A DNA stretch of 64,000 nt from Spirochaetota bacterium (lineage in GTDB: Bacteria > Spirochaetota > Leptospiria > Turneriellales > CBDBES01), in contig CBDBLF010000011.1 of assembly GCA_965206985.1 (NCBI GenBank), positions 91,384 through 155,383 of the forward strand, read 5' to 3'. The position numbers were made by a program, and so were the translations under genes. How positions within the stretch are numbered: position 1 is the stretch's first letter; each line of letters begins with the position of its first letter. The notes under the pieces were generated by a model. The model was not told the DNA's origin. It did no database searches and worked only from the letters and a program-made list of their open reading frames with translations. This document shows positions 19,005-28,169 of this stretch, one piece after another.

Positions 19005-20066
19005 ATGAATGGAGGTATAGAGAATGCTATTTTTTCGAAATCACTTTCACTTTCTGAGCACTACGAACCAACATTAGAACCAATTTTCGCCTTAAAGCCT
19101 GCTTTCTCTTTCTCTGATGGAATATTTTCACCGTTGGAAAGAATTATTCACGAAAATAAAGGAATTGACTCAATTACTGTTCATGGTCTCCGTAATAAAG
19201 ATTTTTATGAATCAGACTTGAAAGAATCAATCAACCAGGAAATAGTAATCACCATCAAAAAGAAAAAAAAATCCATCAAAAAACCAGAAGAGATCATTAA
19301 TAATTTTGGCATCCAACTAGAAAAAGATATTGATTTTTTGGAACCAGATGCATATTCTCAAAAAAATCTGAAATTTTGCGAGATCAAAGGCGATGTGGAA
19401 AAGATATGGATAGACCCTCAAGCTAAAATTTCTAAACTATGTGAGTTTGATACTCGAAAAGGAGATATCGTCATTGAGAAAGGTGTTGAAATTAGCTCAT
19501 TTTCTACTTTGCGTGGCCCTCTCTACATTGGTGAGGGCTCACAAATGAACCGTGTTAACATCTCCCATTCTAGAATAGGGAAGGTGTGTCGAATCGGTGG
19601 TGAAGTTACACATTCCATCATTGGTAACTTCACAAATAAAAATCATGAGGGTTTTCTCGGGCATTCCATTGTTGGAGATTGGGTGAATCTGGGTGCACTT
19701 ACCACAACGTCAAACCTGAAAAGTAATTATGAAGTCGTTCACCTTGAATATCAGGGCAAAAAATATGATACAGGTGTGCAAAAGTTTGGGAGTATCATTG
19801 GAGATTTTTCTAAAACCTCCATCGGTACCATGTTGACAACGGGAAGCATTCTTGATATTGGTTGTCTTCTTTTTGGGAATAGACAACCACAAAAGTATTA
19901 TCCGCCTTTTTTTTGGGGAGGTGACCAACCAACGATTTATAGACTAGAGCGTTTTATTCGTGATATTCGCCACATCATGGGAAGAAGAAAACAAAGGCCA
20001 TCAGAATATCTCATTCAACTTATCAGAAAAAAATATGCAACCGTAAATCATCCAGCTGAGAACTGA
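19005..20066 (+). CDS. GlmU-like sugar nucleotidyltransferase / hexapeptide-repeat protein
   Basis: RIGGEV.HSII..F.NK.HEGFLGHS.VGDWVNLGA.TT.SNLK, KFGSIIGD. Confidence 0.8.
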   Translation: MNGGIENAIFSKSLSLSEHYEPTLEPIFALKPAFSFSDGIFSPLERIIHENKGIDSITVHGLRNKDFYESDLKESINQEIVITIKKKKKSIKKPEEIINNFGIQLEKDIDFLEPDAYSQKNLKFCEIKGDVEKIWIDPQAKISKLCEFDTRKGDIVIEKGVEISSFSTLRGPLYIGEGSQMNRVNISHSRIGKVCRIGGEVTHSIIGNFTNKNHEGFLGHSIVGDWVNLGALTTTSNLKSNYEVVHLEYQGKKYDTGVQKFGSIIGDFSKTSIGTMLTTGSILDIGCLLFGNRQPQKYYPPFFWGGDQPTIYRLERFIRDIRHIMGRRKQRPSEYLIQLIRKKYATVNHPAEN

Positions 20067-20101
20067 AGGCGATTATCCAGATAGGCAAAACATACTAGGC
20101 A

Positions 20102-20674
20102 ATGTTCCACAGAATACCCAATATTGCTTTTTTAATTTCAGGTAGCGGGAGTAACATGTCCGCCATTATACAAAAAATAAAAGAGAAGCAATTAGAGGCC
20201 AACATTAGTCTCGTATTTAGTGATCAACCCAACGCAATTGGGTTGAACGCTGCCAGAAAGCTTGGCTGCGAAATCGTAACATTCTCTGCAAATCAATTCC
20301 CTTCAAAAAATAGCTTTGATTCTGCACTTGCCAATATCTTAAAACAAAAAAAAACAGATTTTGTTGTTTGTGCTGGGTATATGCGTATTCTCAAAGCTCC
20401 TATGCTTAACGCATTTCAAAAAAAAATTGTGAATATTCATCCATCTCTTTTGCCTGCCTTCCCTGGACTCAAAGCCCAACGGCAAGCTCTGGAATATGGG
20501 GTTAAGCTCACGGGTTGCACCGTTCACTTTGTGGATGAGGGTGTCGACACAGGCCTTATTATATCCCAGAGAGTAGTTTCGATTAAGCAAGACGACACCG
20601 AGGCATCTCTAACCAAACGGATTTTGGAAGAAGAACATGACCTCTATTGGAAAAGCCTAAAGAAAATTTTATAA
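20102..20674 (+). CDS. purN: Phosphoribosylglycinamide formyltransferase
   Basis: SG.GSNM, AGYMRIL, NIHPSLLPAFPG, GCTVHFVDEGVDTG. Confidence 0.96.
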   Translation: MFHRIPNIAFLISGSGSNMSAIIQKIKEKQLEANISLVFSDQPNAIGLNAARKLGCEIVTFSANQFPSKNSFDSALANILKQKKTDFVVCAGYMRILKAPMLNAFQKKIVNIHPSLLPAFPGLKAQRQALEYGVKLTGCTVHFVDEGVDTGLIISQRVVSIKQDDTEASLTKRILEEEHDLYWKSLKKIL

Positions 20675-20676
20675 TT

Positions 20677-20748
20677 TCGGGCCGACTGGATTCGAACCAG
20701 CGACCACACGCCCCCCAGACGTGTGCGCTACCACTGCGCCACGGCCCG
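20677..20748 (-). tRNA. tRNA-Pro(GGG)
   Basis: Cloverleaf CGGGCCG...CACGT-CT GGG GG-GCGTG...GCTGG TTCGAAT CCAGT...CGGCCCG A; no encoded CCA. Confidence 0.93.
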
Positions 20749-20767
20749 TTTTTATTAGTAAATAGTG

Positions 20768-20840
<73 letters not shown>

Positions 20841-20913
20841 TCTTCTTATTATGTGAGTCAATCAAGATCAACAAGAAAAAGACCTTAGGTGTATGAAACA
20901 GGTGTTTTTTGGC

Positions 20914-21183
20914 TCATGCAACCGAGTTGTTTTTAACAAAAGCGGCTAAACGAGATTTTTTTCGACTTGACTTATTTGAATGTATGATGTTTGTCTTTGT
21001 CGCCTTATCGATAAAAGAGCAAAAAGTGCGGTAGTTGACCAACGCATCATCGAATCTTTTCTCAGCAACAGCAAGACGTACTTTTTTCTCTAAAGTTCGA
21101 ACCATTGACTTTTTCATGCTGTTTAGCACCCTTTTCTTAGCAATTTTTCGTGTTCTCTTTTTAGCCGATTTTATATTCGCCAT
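20914..21183 (-). CDS. rpsT: 30S ribosomal protein S20
   Basis: MANIKSAKKR, KSMVRT, IIH.NK.SRKKSRL. Confidence 0.95.
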   Translation of the reverse strand: MANIKSAKKRTRKIAKKRVLNSMKKSMVRTLEKKVRLAVAEKRFDDALVNYRTFCSFIDKATKTNIIHSNKSSRKKSRLAAFVKNNSVA

Positions 21184-21273
21184 TGCATCTCACCACCCAC
21201 CATTCTTGGAATTAAGTACTCGACGTCAAGCGATTTAGCAGAGCAACTCTCATGCAAATGCTTTAAATAGGAA

Positions 21274-21633
21274 TTATTTTGGAATTGTGCTAATTTTTGC
21301 CCTGCCTTCAAAAATAACTCCTTCATCCATAAGTAAATTTGCACTAATGATATCCCCATAAACCTTTGCTGTTTTTAGGAGATGCACTGTTTCAGTCGCA
21401 TAAATATTGCCATCCACACGACCAGATACAATGACAATCTTTGCCTCCACGTTCATCTGGACGTGGCCTTTTTCTCCAATAATCACCTTGGCTTTTGAGA
21501 TGATCTTGCCATTAAAATAGCCATCTACCCGAAGAGAACCAATCAGAGAAAATTCACCTTTTAAACTAGCTCCCTCTCCTATTAGACTATTGATGGGAGC
21601 TTGAAACAACTGTTCTCGATCAATAACAGGCAT
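21274..21633 (-). CDS. Bactofilin (polymer-forming cytoskeletal protein)
   Basis: SLIGEG..LKGE......LRVDG.F.G, V.GRVDGNI.A, VYGDI....L.MDEG..FEG. Confidence 0.9.
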   Translation of the reverse strand: MPVIDREQLFQAPINSLIGEGASLKGEFSLIGSLRVDGYFNGKIISKAKVIIGEKGHVQMNVEAKIVIVSGRVDGNIYATETVHLLKTAKVYGDIISANLLMDEGVIFEGRAKISTIPK

Positions 21634-21733
21634 AACTAAAAGTAAAGAACTGGACTACACATCTGTTAACGCCCACAACCAATGAAGAGAAATAATTAAC
21701 CTACAAGCAAAGAATTGAATTCACACGAAAAAA

Positions 21734-22864
21734 TCAATTTTGGGGGGAATATAGATAAACAGCGGGGTCTTGAGCTTCCGTTCCAATATGAATTTCATAA
21801 TGTAACGTATTTTCTCCAGGGCCGGCAACCGCACCCATATAACCAATTGAATCTCCTTTTGCAAGGGGTGCATCCAAATCTGCGGCAAGCTCTGAAAGAC
21901 CATAATAAACCGTTTTATATCCGTAGTGGTGTTTTACCCAGACAGTCAGAAGAGAATTTTTTCCACGAATAACGCTATTTATGCTACCAGGTGCTGTGGC
22001 AACTACCTTGGCCCCAGGTGGAATCGTTATATCAAAGCCAGTGTTGAAAGAGGCTTTCAGATCAGAAGCTTTTCTTATGAAGCCAAATGGATTTGTAATG
22101 TAGCCCTTTGCTGGCCAGAGCGTCGGACTATTACGTATTGATTTTAGATTTCTTTTTGTGTGATTATCAAGGTAATCAAGCTCATGCGAAACCACATTCA
22201 TATCATTGATAATGCGATTTAAAACAAAGATTTCCATAGGAATGGACTCTTCTTCAGAAATATCTTCTTCTTCTTCCGTGACAGGACTCAACGTATCATG
22301 CAGTAGTGCCTGTTTCTTAACGTCTTTCAATTCAGAAATAGGTATCGCAGCACCACCCAGACCATAGTAGATATCTTTAAGACTCTCTTTGCCACCGGTT
22401 AACTTAACAATATCCGATAGAAGTGCCTTGACTTTCTCATGATCTGAACTTACACCATGAACCTCGTTACGAATTTTCATGAACTGTATTTTAGAATCTT
22501 TTTGTGACCTTTTTAATTTGTCGACTTCTTGCAGTGTGCTCGTATGATTAATAATTAGAATAGAACCGAAAACCAAAAGGAAGGCAATTGTGCCTAAAAA
22601 AATAGTCAATGAAAGGTTTGAAATATTGTAATTTTTAATTTTGTTCTGATTGTGAGGGACAATCATCAGAGTAAGCTGCTCCCTGCTCTTTTTTTTGAGG
22701 AGATTTCTCAGTTTCTTTTGGGTTACTACAAAAAAACTACACAAGGACCGGGAAATCGCACGAGAATGCAAAATGCCCCCGTCTCCTGAGTGAGAATCAA
22801 AGTGGCTGTCTAAATCGTACACAGGACGATTTAATTCTTGATCATGAGTTTCCAAAGAGTTCAT
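21734..22864 (-). CDS. M23/LytM-domain membrane protein with degenerate zinc site
   Basis: TLMIVPH + TM + coiled coil; PTLWP..G.IT..FG; NTGFD and TLHYE in place of HxxxD and HxH. Confidence 0.85.
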   Translation of the reverse strand: MNSLETHDQELNRPVYDLDSHFDSHSGDGGILHSRAISRSLCSFFVVTQKKLRNLLKKKSREQLTLMIVPHNQNKIKNYNISNLSLTIFLGTIAFLLVFGSILIINHTSTLQEVDKLKRSQKDSKIQFMKIRNEVHGVSSDHEKVKALLSDIVKLTGGKESLKDIYYGLGGAAIPISELKDVKKQALLHDTLSPVTEEEEDISEEESIPMEIFVLNRIINDMNVVSHELDYLDNHTKRNLKSIRNSPTLWPAKGYITNPFGFIRKASDLKASFNTGFDITIPPGAKVVATAPGSINSVIRGKNSLLTVWVKHHYGYKTVYYGLSELAADLDAPLAKGDSIGYMGAVAGPGENTLHYEIHIGTEAQDPAVYLYSPQN

Positions 22865-22947
22865 CTTTTCTCAAGCGGCTAAATGCACAACGCCTGCCAC
22901 TCTTTCATTTTTTATAACATGGTCAAGATTTATTTTTTACCCATTTT

Positions 22948-24223
22948 GGGAGAGAGAAGGATGATAGTACCCCCCTACGACCATCATTAGTTGGTTCAGA
23001 ATTGGTTCAAATCAAGTTATTTGGTTCAAAAGGCTTGGGTTTACTGGTAGAGCAAGTGAAAGACATTTTCCTAAAAAAGGTGCATCAAAAGGCCGACGTT
23101 AAATCATCAAATAAAACAGAGGTTCCTAATGAAGCACCCTTCTCAGGTTATTTGTCTAAACAGGTATTCGGCAGTAATGCGAAATAGTAAAGACAAAAAG
23201 TTATACAGAATGCAAATGGTTCATTATGCCAAGAAGCATGGTTTCAAGCCAACAGCCAGAATGTTTAAAACGACTGTAAAAACAGTAAAAAAGTGGTTTC
23301 GTAGGTTTGAATCAGAGAAATACGTTGGCTTGGAAGACAAGAGCCACGCTCCACACTACTCACCACATGCAATCACAGACTTTGAAAAGGCTTATGTTTG
23401 CTTTCTTAAAAAGAAACGTCGAGGCTTTGGTGCTCAGGAACTGAAGAATGTTTACCAACTAGACTTGAGTGTCAAGGCCATTCGCAGAGCGTGGAGGGAG
23501 CAAGCACTCTTGAAAAAAAAGCGTAGAAAACATAAAACGAAGCAAAATTTGCGTGAAATTAAGAAATTATGGGGTTTATTTAAGCAATTTGACGTAGATA
23601 CGAAGCATTTATACGATATTCCTGAGCTTTGGCCTTATATTCAGGAAAATATTGTACCGAAATATCAATATACCTTCAGAGAAGTTTTTTCTGGCTTACA
23701 ATTTCTAGCTTTTGCAGATGAGTATAATATGGCATACTCTTGTCTGTTTATGGAGGTAATTTTAGATCATCTTGTAAAATCAGGGGTTGATTTAAAGAAA
23801 AATAATACGAGAGGGCAAACAGATAATGGCTCAGAGTTTATTGGTGCTTGGAATAAAAAAGGAGATTCGGAGTTTACAAAAGTATTAGCCAGTTATGGTG
23901 TGCCACACCAGACGATCCCTGCTGGAGCGCATACTTGGCAGTCTGATGTTGAAACGACTCATAGATTGATTGAGGATCACCTTTACCTGAATGAAACGTA
24001 TAATTCAAGAGAAGACTTTCTCAACAAAGCTGGCTCCTATCTATTGATGTTCAATTCAATAAGAAAAAATTCTTACAAAGAGAATAAATCGCCCTGGCAG
24101 CTGATCCGAGAGGAAAGCACAACTATTGACAAACAAATATTAAATTTACCACCGTTTCGACTGGACTATTTATTTCAAAAGATGCCAATGGTCGTAGGGG
24201 GGTACAATCCTATTCTCCATCCC
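22948..24223 (+). mobile_element. IS481-like insertion sequence, copy 2
   Basis: Same IRs and body as 14555-15830; direct repeat TTATTTTTTACCCATTT at 22930-22946 and 24224-24240. Confidence 0.9.
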
Positions 24224-24271
24224 TTATTTTTTACCCATTTGAAACAAAATAAGAGGTTGGGAAGGAAATAG
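23129..24271 (+). CDS. IS481-like DDE transposase, copy 2 (different C-tail from flanking DNA)
   Basis: Same as copy 1 up to NPILHP, then LFFTHLKQNKRLGRK. Confidence 0.88.
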   Translation: MKHPSQVICLNRYSAVMRNSKDKKLYRMQMVHYAKKHGFKPTARMFKTTVKTVKKWFRRFESEKYVGLEDKSHAPHYSPHAITDFEKAYVCFLKKKRRGFGAQELKNVYQLDLSVKAIRRAWREQALLKKKRRKHKTKQNLREIKKLWGLFKQFDVDTKHLYDIPELWPYIQENIVPKYQYTFREVFSGLQFLAFADEYNMAYSCLFMEVILDHLVKSGVDLKKNNTRGQTDNGSEFIGAWNKKGDSEFTKVLASYGVPHQTIPAGAHTWQSDVETTHRLIEDHLYLNETYNSREDFLNKAGSYLLMFNSIRKNSYKENKSPWQLIREESTTIDKQILNLPPFRLDYLFQKMPMVVGGYNPILHPLFFTHLKQNKRLGRK

Positions 24272-24410
24272 CTTTGAAATATTCTTCAAGCAGTTTATGC
24301 AAGAAAATTACCTTTTTCGTTAAAACCCTTCTTCACGGTGACTTTTTGCATAGTTTTAGCACAGCGACTCATTTGTCAGGCATGCTTTGAAAGCATCTCA
24401 ATTCACTAAA

Positions 24411-25703
24411 CTAACGCACAATCAAAAATCGACTAATCTCGGGTATCTGACAAATAGGAGCAGTTGTGTCTTCTATTCGTCTCAGCGCATCGGGAACTTC
24501 AATTGAAGCAACATTCAAAAGTGAAATAACTTCTTTTGCCCCTCCCATGAGGTCTAACCAACCAGAAGGGGGTAACCACGAAAACCCATAAGCCATGACT
24601 TTGTCAATGCTATGAATATAATCTACTTCAGGGGTCACCTCTCCAATACGATGAAAACTATAAGAGATGTAACCTAGGATAAAGCTCCTAACCAAATTAG
24701 CATCTTCTCCTGGTTCCGTTTTAATAACATCCACGGCTTTGGAATACTGCCCATCGTGGATGTAGCTCTTCGCTTTCTCGACAAAGTCAATACGAACCCT
24801 CTCTGCGGGGGTGTGCGATAAGTCTTTTGGGTTTAGTACTAGCTTTTTCTTGTCGGAGTCTCTACTGAAAAAGCCACCCAAAACGGGAGTTTTTATTCCA
24901 AGCATTTTTTTTCGAAGCATATTCTCCATGTAGTCAGGCATCTTATAGGTTTTGTGCATCTCATCGTTAGTATTCTTGTAGACATTATCAACAATCGCTT
25001 TATGGACATCCAGACCAACCAGATCAACCGTTGCCAGAGGAGGTAGTGCTCGACCAGTATAAGAACCAAAAAGATAGTCTGTTTTCTGAACACCAATTTT
25101 CTCTGCTATTTGAGTGGCGCGGTTTAAAAATTGAAAGCCGATTCGATTTCCGGCAAATGCGGGAACGTTATGAGTAATAATATTTTGCCTTCGAAGTATT
25201 TTTGCACAAAAGCTCAAAATAAAACCTCGCAATTCTCTGGAATTATCGTCGTGAAAAATTAGCTCATTCGCAATCAACTTCGCTGGGGGGTTATAAAAGT
25301 GAGTACCCACAAAATGAGCTTTGAAATCATCACTTTGCTCTGCAGCCATTTCTTCAATAGAAAGGCCAGACGAAACTGTGGATATGATGCTACCTCCCCT
25401 TCTGTGTTGATCAATTTTATTAAAAATTTTTTTTTTGATGCTTAAATCTTCGGTGAGACCCTCAAATATCCAATCACAAGAGGGTAGCTCTTTTTCGAGA
25501 GAATCATATGAATATGTAGTGATATAATTTCCGATAATACCACTCCTGGCCTGTTCGATGGCTTTTTTCTTACCACTTGCAGCTTTTTCTTGACTTCTTG
25601 CAAAAAAAAGGCATTGAATTCCTGCTTGTGCAAAAATTCCGCCCGAAGTGGAGCCCATACTTCCACTCGCTCCTAGAACTGCTACTCTTCTGATGTTTCT
25701 CAT
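24411..25703 (-). CDS. 3-hydroxyacyl-CoA dehydrogenase family protein
   Basis: VAVLGA.GSMG, WIFEGLTE, THFYNPP, PAF.GNRIG, DLVGLDV. Confidence 0.88.
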   Translation of the reverse strand: MRNIRRVAVLGASGSMGSTSGGIFAQAGIQCLFFARSQEKAASGKKKAIEQARSGIIGNYITTYSYDSLEKELPSCDWIFEGLTEDLSIKKKIFNKIDQHRRGGSIISTVSSGLSIEEMAAEQSDDFKAHFVGTHFYNPPAKLIANELIFHDDNSRELRGFILSFCAKILRRQNIITHNVPAFAGNRIGFQFLNRATQIAEKIGVQKTDYLFGSYTGRALPPLATVDLVGLDVHKAIVDNVYKNTNDEMHKTYKMPDYMENMLRKKMLGIKTPVLGGFFSRDSDKKKLVLNPKDLSHTPAERVRIDFVEKAKSYIHDGQYSKAVDVIKTEPGEDANLVRSFILGYISYSFHRIGEVTPEVDYIHSIDKVMAYGFSWLPPSGWLDLMGGAKEVISLLNVASIEVPDALRRIEDTTAPICQIPEISRFLIVR

Positions 25704-25843
25704 GGAGAGCCCAACACGTCCAGAGCTTATCTCATGTTCCTTTCGACAAGACTTTTGTATTTATTTATGGAACAAGGTGTGAAAGCTACTGAGGCTGGGA
25801 AAGAACTCAAGGAGGAAGAAAATCGGTATAGACCTCGCTGACA

Positions 25844-26458
25844 CTATAATCCTCCTGCAGCTCTCAATTCCATTGGATCGTTAATGGTATGGGCATAGGC
25901 GGGAGTACCCAACTTGCTGAGTCTCTTAGGCAAACTACCTCTAGCGCGTTCCCGAGGCATAGAGATTGCAAACAAATTCATGTTCTGGGCTTCTTCTAAC
26001 ACCTGCTGAGTGCCGCCATTATACCGATAGAGTGCCCAGATCAAATTCTGATAACCCAGCTTACGAGTTTCCTCGTAGACCTCTGGCTGATAAAACTGTG
26101 GAATGACGCGCACTTTATAATCTGCGATGTGAGCAGCCAAATACTTCAGTCCTTCAATAGTGTCGCTCTTGACATCGGTAACCAGCTTCATCTGCGGATG
26201 ATCATGCATGATGTCGGCCAGAATGCGGACATCTATTTGCATATAACCGCTACCGGATTCCCAACTTAGAAACTCCTCCCGTAGTGGCGGCTCGACCAAT
26301 TTCTCTCCAAAATGTACGCCCGTCGATACCCCCACCGGCATGAGCAGCTCACAAAGCGCAGCAGTACAAATAAAGAACCCGCTAACCCACTCAACAGTAA
26401 TCGCTTTGGCGAGATTGTGCGACTGATCAATGTCGCAGCCCCACGGCTTTGATGGCAT
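25844..26458 (-). pseudogene. Truncated glycerophosphodiester phosphodiesterase-like fragment, GC-rich
   Basis: C-terminal LVTDVK, VIPQFY, LIWALY, YAHTIND; N-terminal catalytic part not recognisable. Confidence 0.5.
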
Positions 26459-26530
26459 GAAATATCACCAGAGATAACCCCCACATTACGGATCATGATC
26501 GGTTCCATCCACAAAACCAAACAGACCCGC
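26459..26530 (-). pseudogene. Frameshifted fragment of the GLUG lipoprotein family
   Basis: AGLFGFVDGT/(shift)/IRNVGVISGDI; 22 nt AATGTGGGGGTTATCTCTGGTG identical to 2103-2124. Confidence 0.7.
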
Positions 26531-26556
26531 TGTTCTGGCCCCGGTTTTCAAGCACA
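26531..26556. mobile_element. Orphan IS3-family terminal repeat abutting the GLUG fragment
   Basis: TGTTCTGGCCCCGGTTTTCAAGCACA; shares CTGGCCCCGGTTT with 16586-16598. Confidence 0.45.
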
Positions 26557-26630
26557 TTTTTTTTCATAATCCTACCTCCTCTTGTGGATTCAGCTATTCG
26601 CTAAAATGGGTCATGGTCATGCGTACAGAT

Positions 26631-28169
26631 TTAATTAATAAAACGACGTGCGTTTATGTTTAGGAGTATTCCCAAGCCAATAAAGCTTGTAATCATGTTG
26701 CTACCTCCTGAGCTTAAGAAGACGAGAGGTATCCCCGTAACAGGGAGAATACCCATTGTAATTCCTAGGTTAATACTGACATGAAGGAAAAAAATAATGG
26801 TTATACCACTTGCCAAAAGAGAACCAAACTCATCTTTTGAGTGGAGTGCGATGATGAACCCACGAATAATAATTAAAAATAGCAAAATTAAAGTAGCTAA
26901 TGATCCCAGAAAGCCAAACTGTTCACCGACGACAGAGAAGATGAAATCATTATACCATTCTGGCAGGAAAGGGATATCACCTTTGGTCATGTCACCTCCT
27001 AGCAATCCCTTACCCATCATTTTTCCAGAACCAAGGGTAATTAGGGCATGGCGTAATTGATAGCCTGCACCTTTTTGAAACTTTTCAGGGTTTGCGAAAG
27101 ATACGATTCGGACAATTTGGTGGGTTTTAAAGTGTATGAAATAAGTTGAGGCAATATAAGTACTGAGTGGAATCGCCATAATGAGAAAGAAATTTCTAAT
27201 TTTTCTCATCCAGTTCATTTTTGTAAAGAATATGGTTAACGTAATCATTCCATAGCTGAACAATAAAATCAACACTGTAATTACAATACTAAACTTATTT
27301 CTCAGGAAGTCCCTCAATAAAACAGGGTTTTCTTGAAATAGTTGCGATGTTATTTTTTTGATTAAATTTTGATTCTCTTCTAACTGAACAATATTAGCTG
27401 CCCAACTGTGAAGGTCTCCTCTTTGGGCAGTAATTTTACTGATGGTTGGTTTATCTAAATACTTCCATAGATCAAAACTGAGAATATGGACAGCGTCGGC
27501 TAGCTTTACGTTTTTCTCTTGTAAGACACTTTTTATACTTTCAATGATGATGAACTTATGATACTCGATATACATGGGTATGAAGAGGATGGAAAATCCA
27601 ATTAGAAGTAAGCTCAACAAAATACTGGTGTTTGCACCGCCAATAAAAAGCATAAAAAGTAGTAGCGGTAAAAACATAATAGCGTACCCCAAGTCAGGTT
27701 GAAGACCAATTAAAAATATTGGAATTGAAGTAATTACAAAGGGGATGATAAGCTCTTTAAATTTGCCAATCTCTGCTTCCCTAAGATTTAAATATTTACT
27801 GAGGGTGATGACTAAAGCATATTTAGCAATTTCTGTTGGCTGAAAACCAATCCCCCAAAAGCGTATCCATGAGCGAGCTCCTTTAACTTGGGTTCCGATG
27901 AAGGGCACTAACGTGAGGATTAAAATGAGAATGCTAACACCATATATAATGTAGGAGTAGGCTCCTAAAAACTGATAATTGATATAACGAAAGAGAATCA
28001 TTAGACCAATTCCTAGAAAAAACCATATTACTTTTTTAATTGCTTGTGTTTCTGCTCCTCCTCCATATAAAACCGCCATACCCAAGAGGCTGACAGTAAC
28101 TCCCAAAAACATGAGAAACCAATCTATTTTATTCTCTTTCATATTATTTTGTCGCGATGGTCGATCCAA
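26631..28169 (-). CDS. rodA: Rod shape-determining protein RodA (SEDS) with large central insertion
   Basis: GARSWI, FQPTE.AK, LQPDLG, GAGYQL, LPEWYNDFIF...GEQFG, TGIPL.FLS.GGS. Confidence 0.93.
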   Translation of the reverse strand: MDRPSRQNNMKENKIDWFLMFLGVTVSLLGMAVLYGGGAETQAIKKVIWFFLGIGLMILFRYINYQFLGAYSYIIYGVSILILILTLVPFIGTQVKGARSWIRFWGIGFQPTEIAKYALVITLSKYLNLREAEIGKFKELIIPFVITSIPIFLIGLQPDLGYAIMFLPLLLFMLFIGGANTSILLSLLLIGFSILFIPMYIEYHKFIIIESIKSVLQEKNVKLADAVHILSFDLWKYLDKPTISKITAQRGDLHSWAANIVQLEENQNLIKKITSQLFQENPVLLRDFLRNKFSIVITVLILLFSYGMITLTIFFTKMNWMRKIRNFFLIMAIPLSTYIASTYFIHFKTHQIVRIVSFANPEKFQKGAGYQLRHALITLGSGKMMGKGLLGGDMTKGDIPFLPEWYNDFIFSVVGEQFGFLGSLATLILLFLIIIRGFIIALHSKDEFGSLLASGITIIFFLHVSINLGITMGILPVTGIPLVFLSSGGSNMITSFIGLGILLNINARRFIN

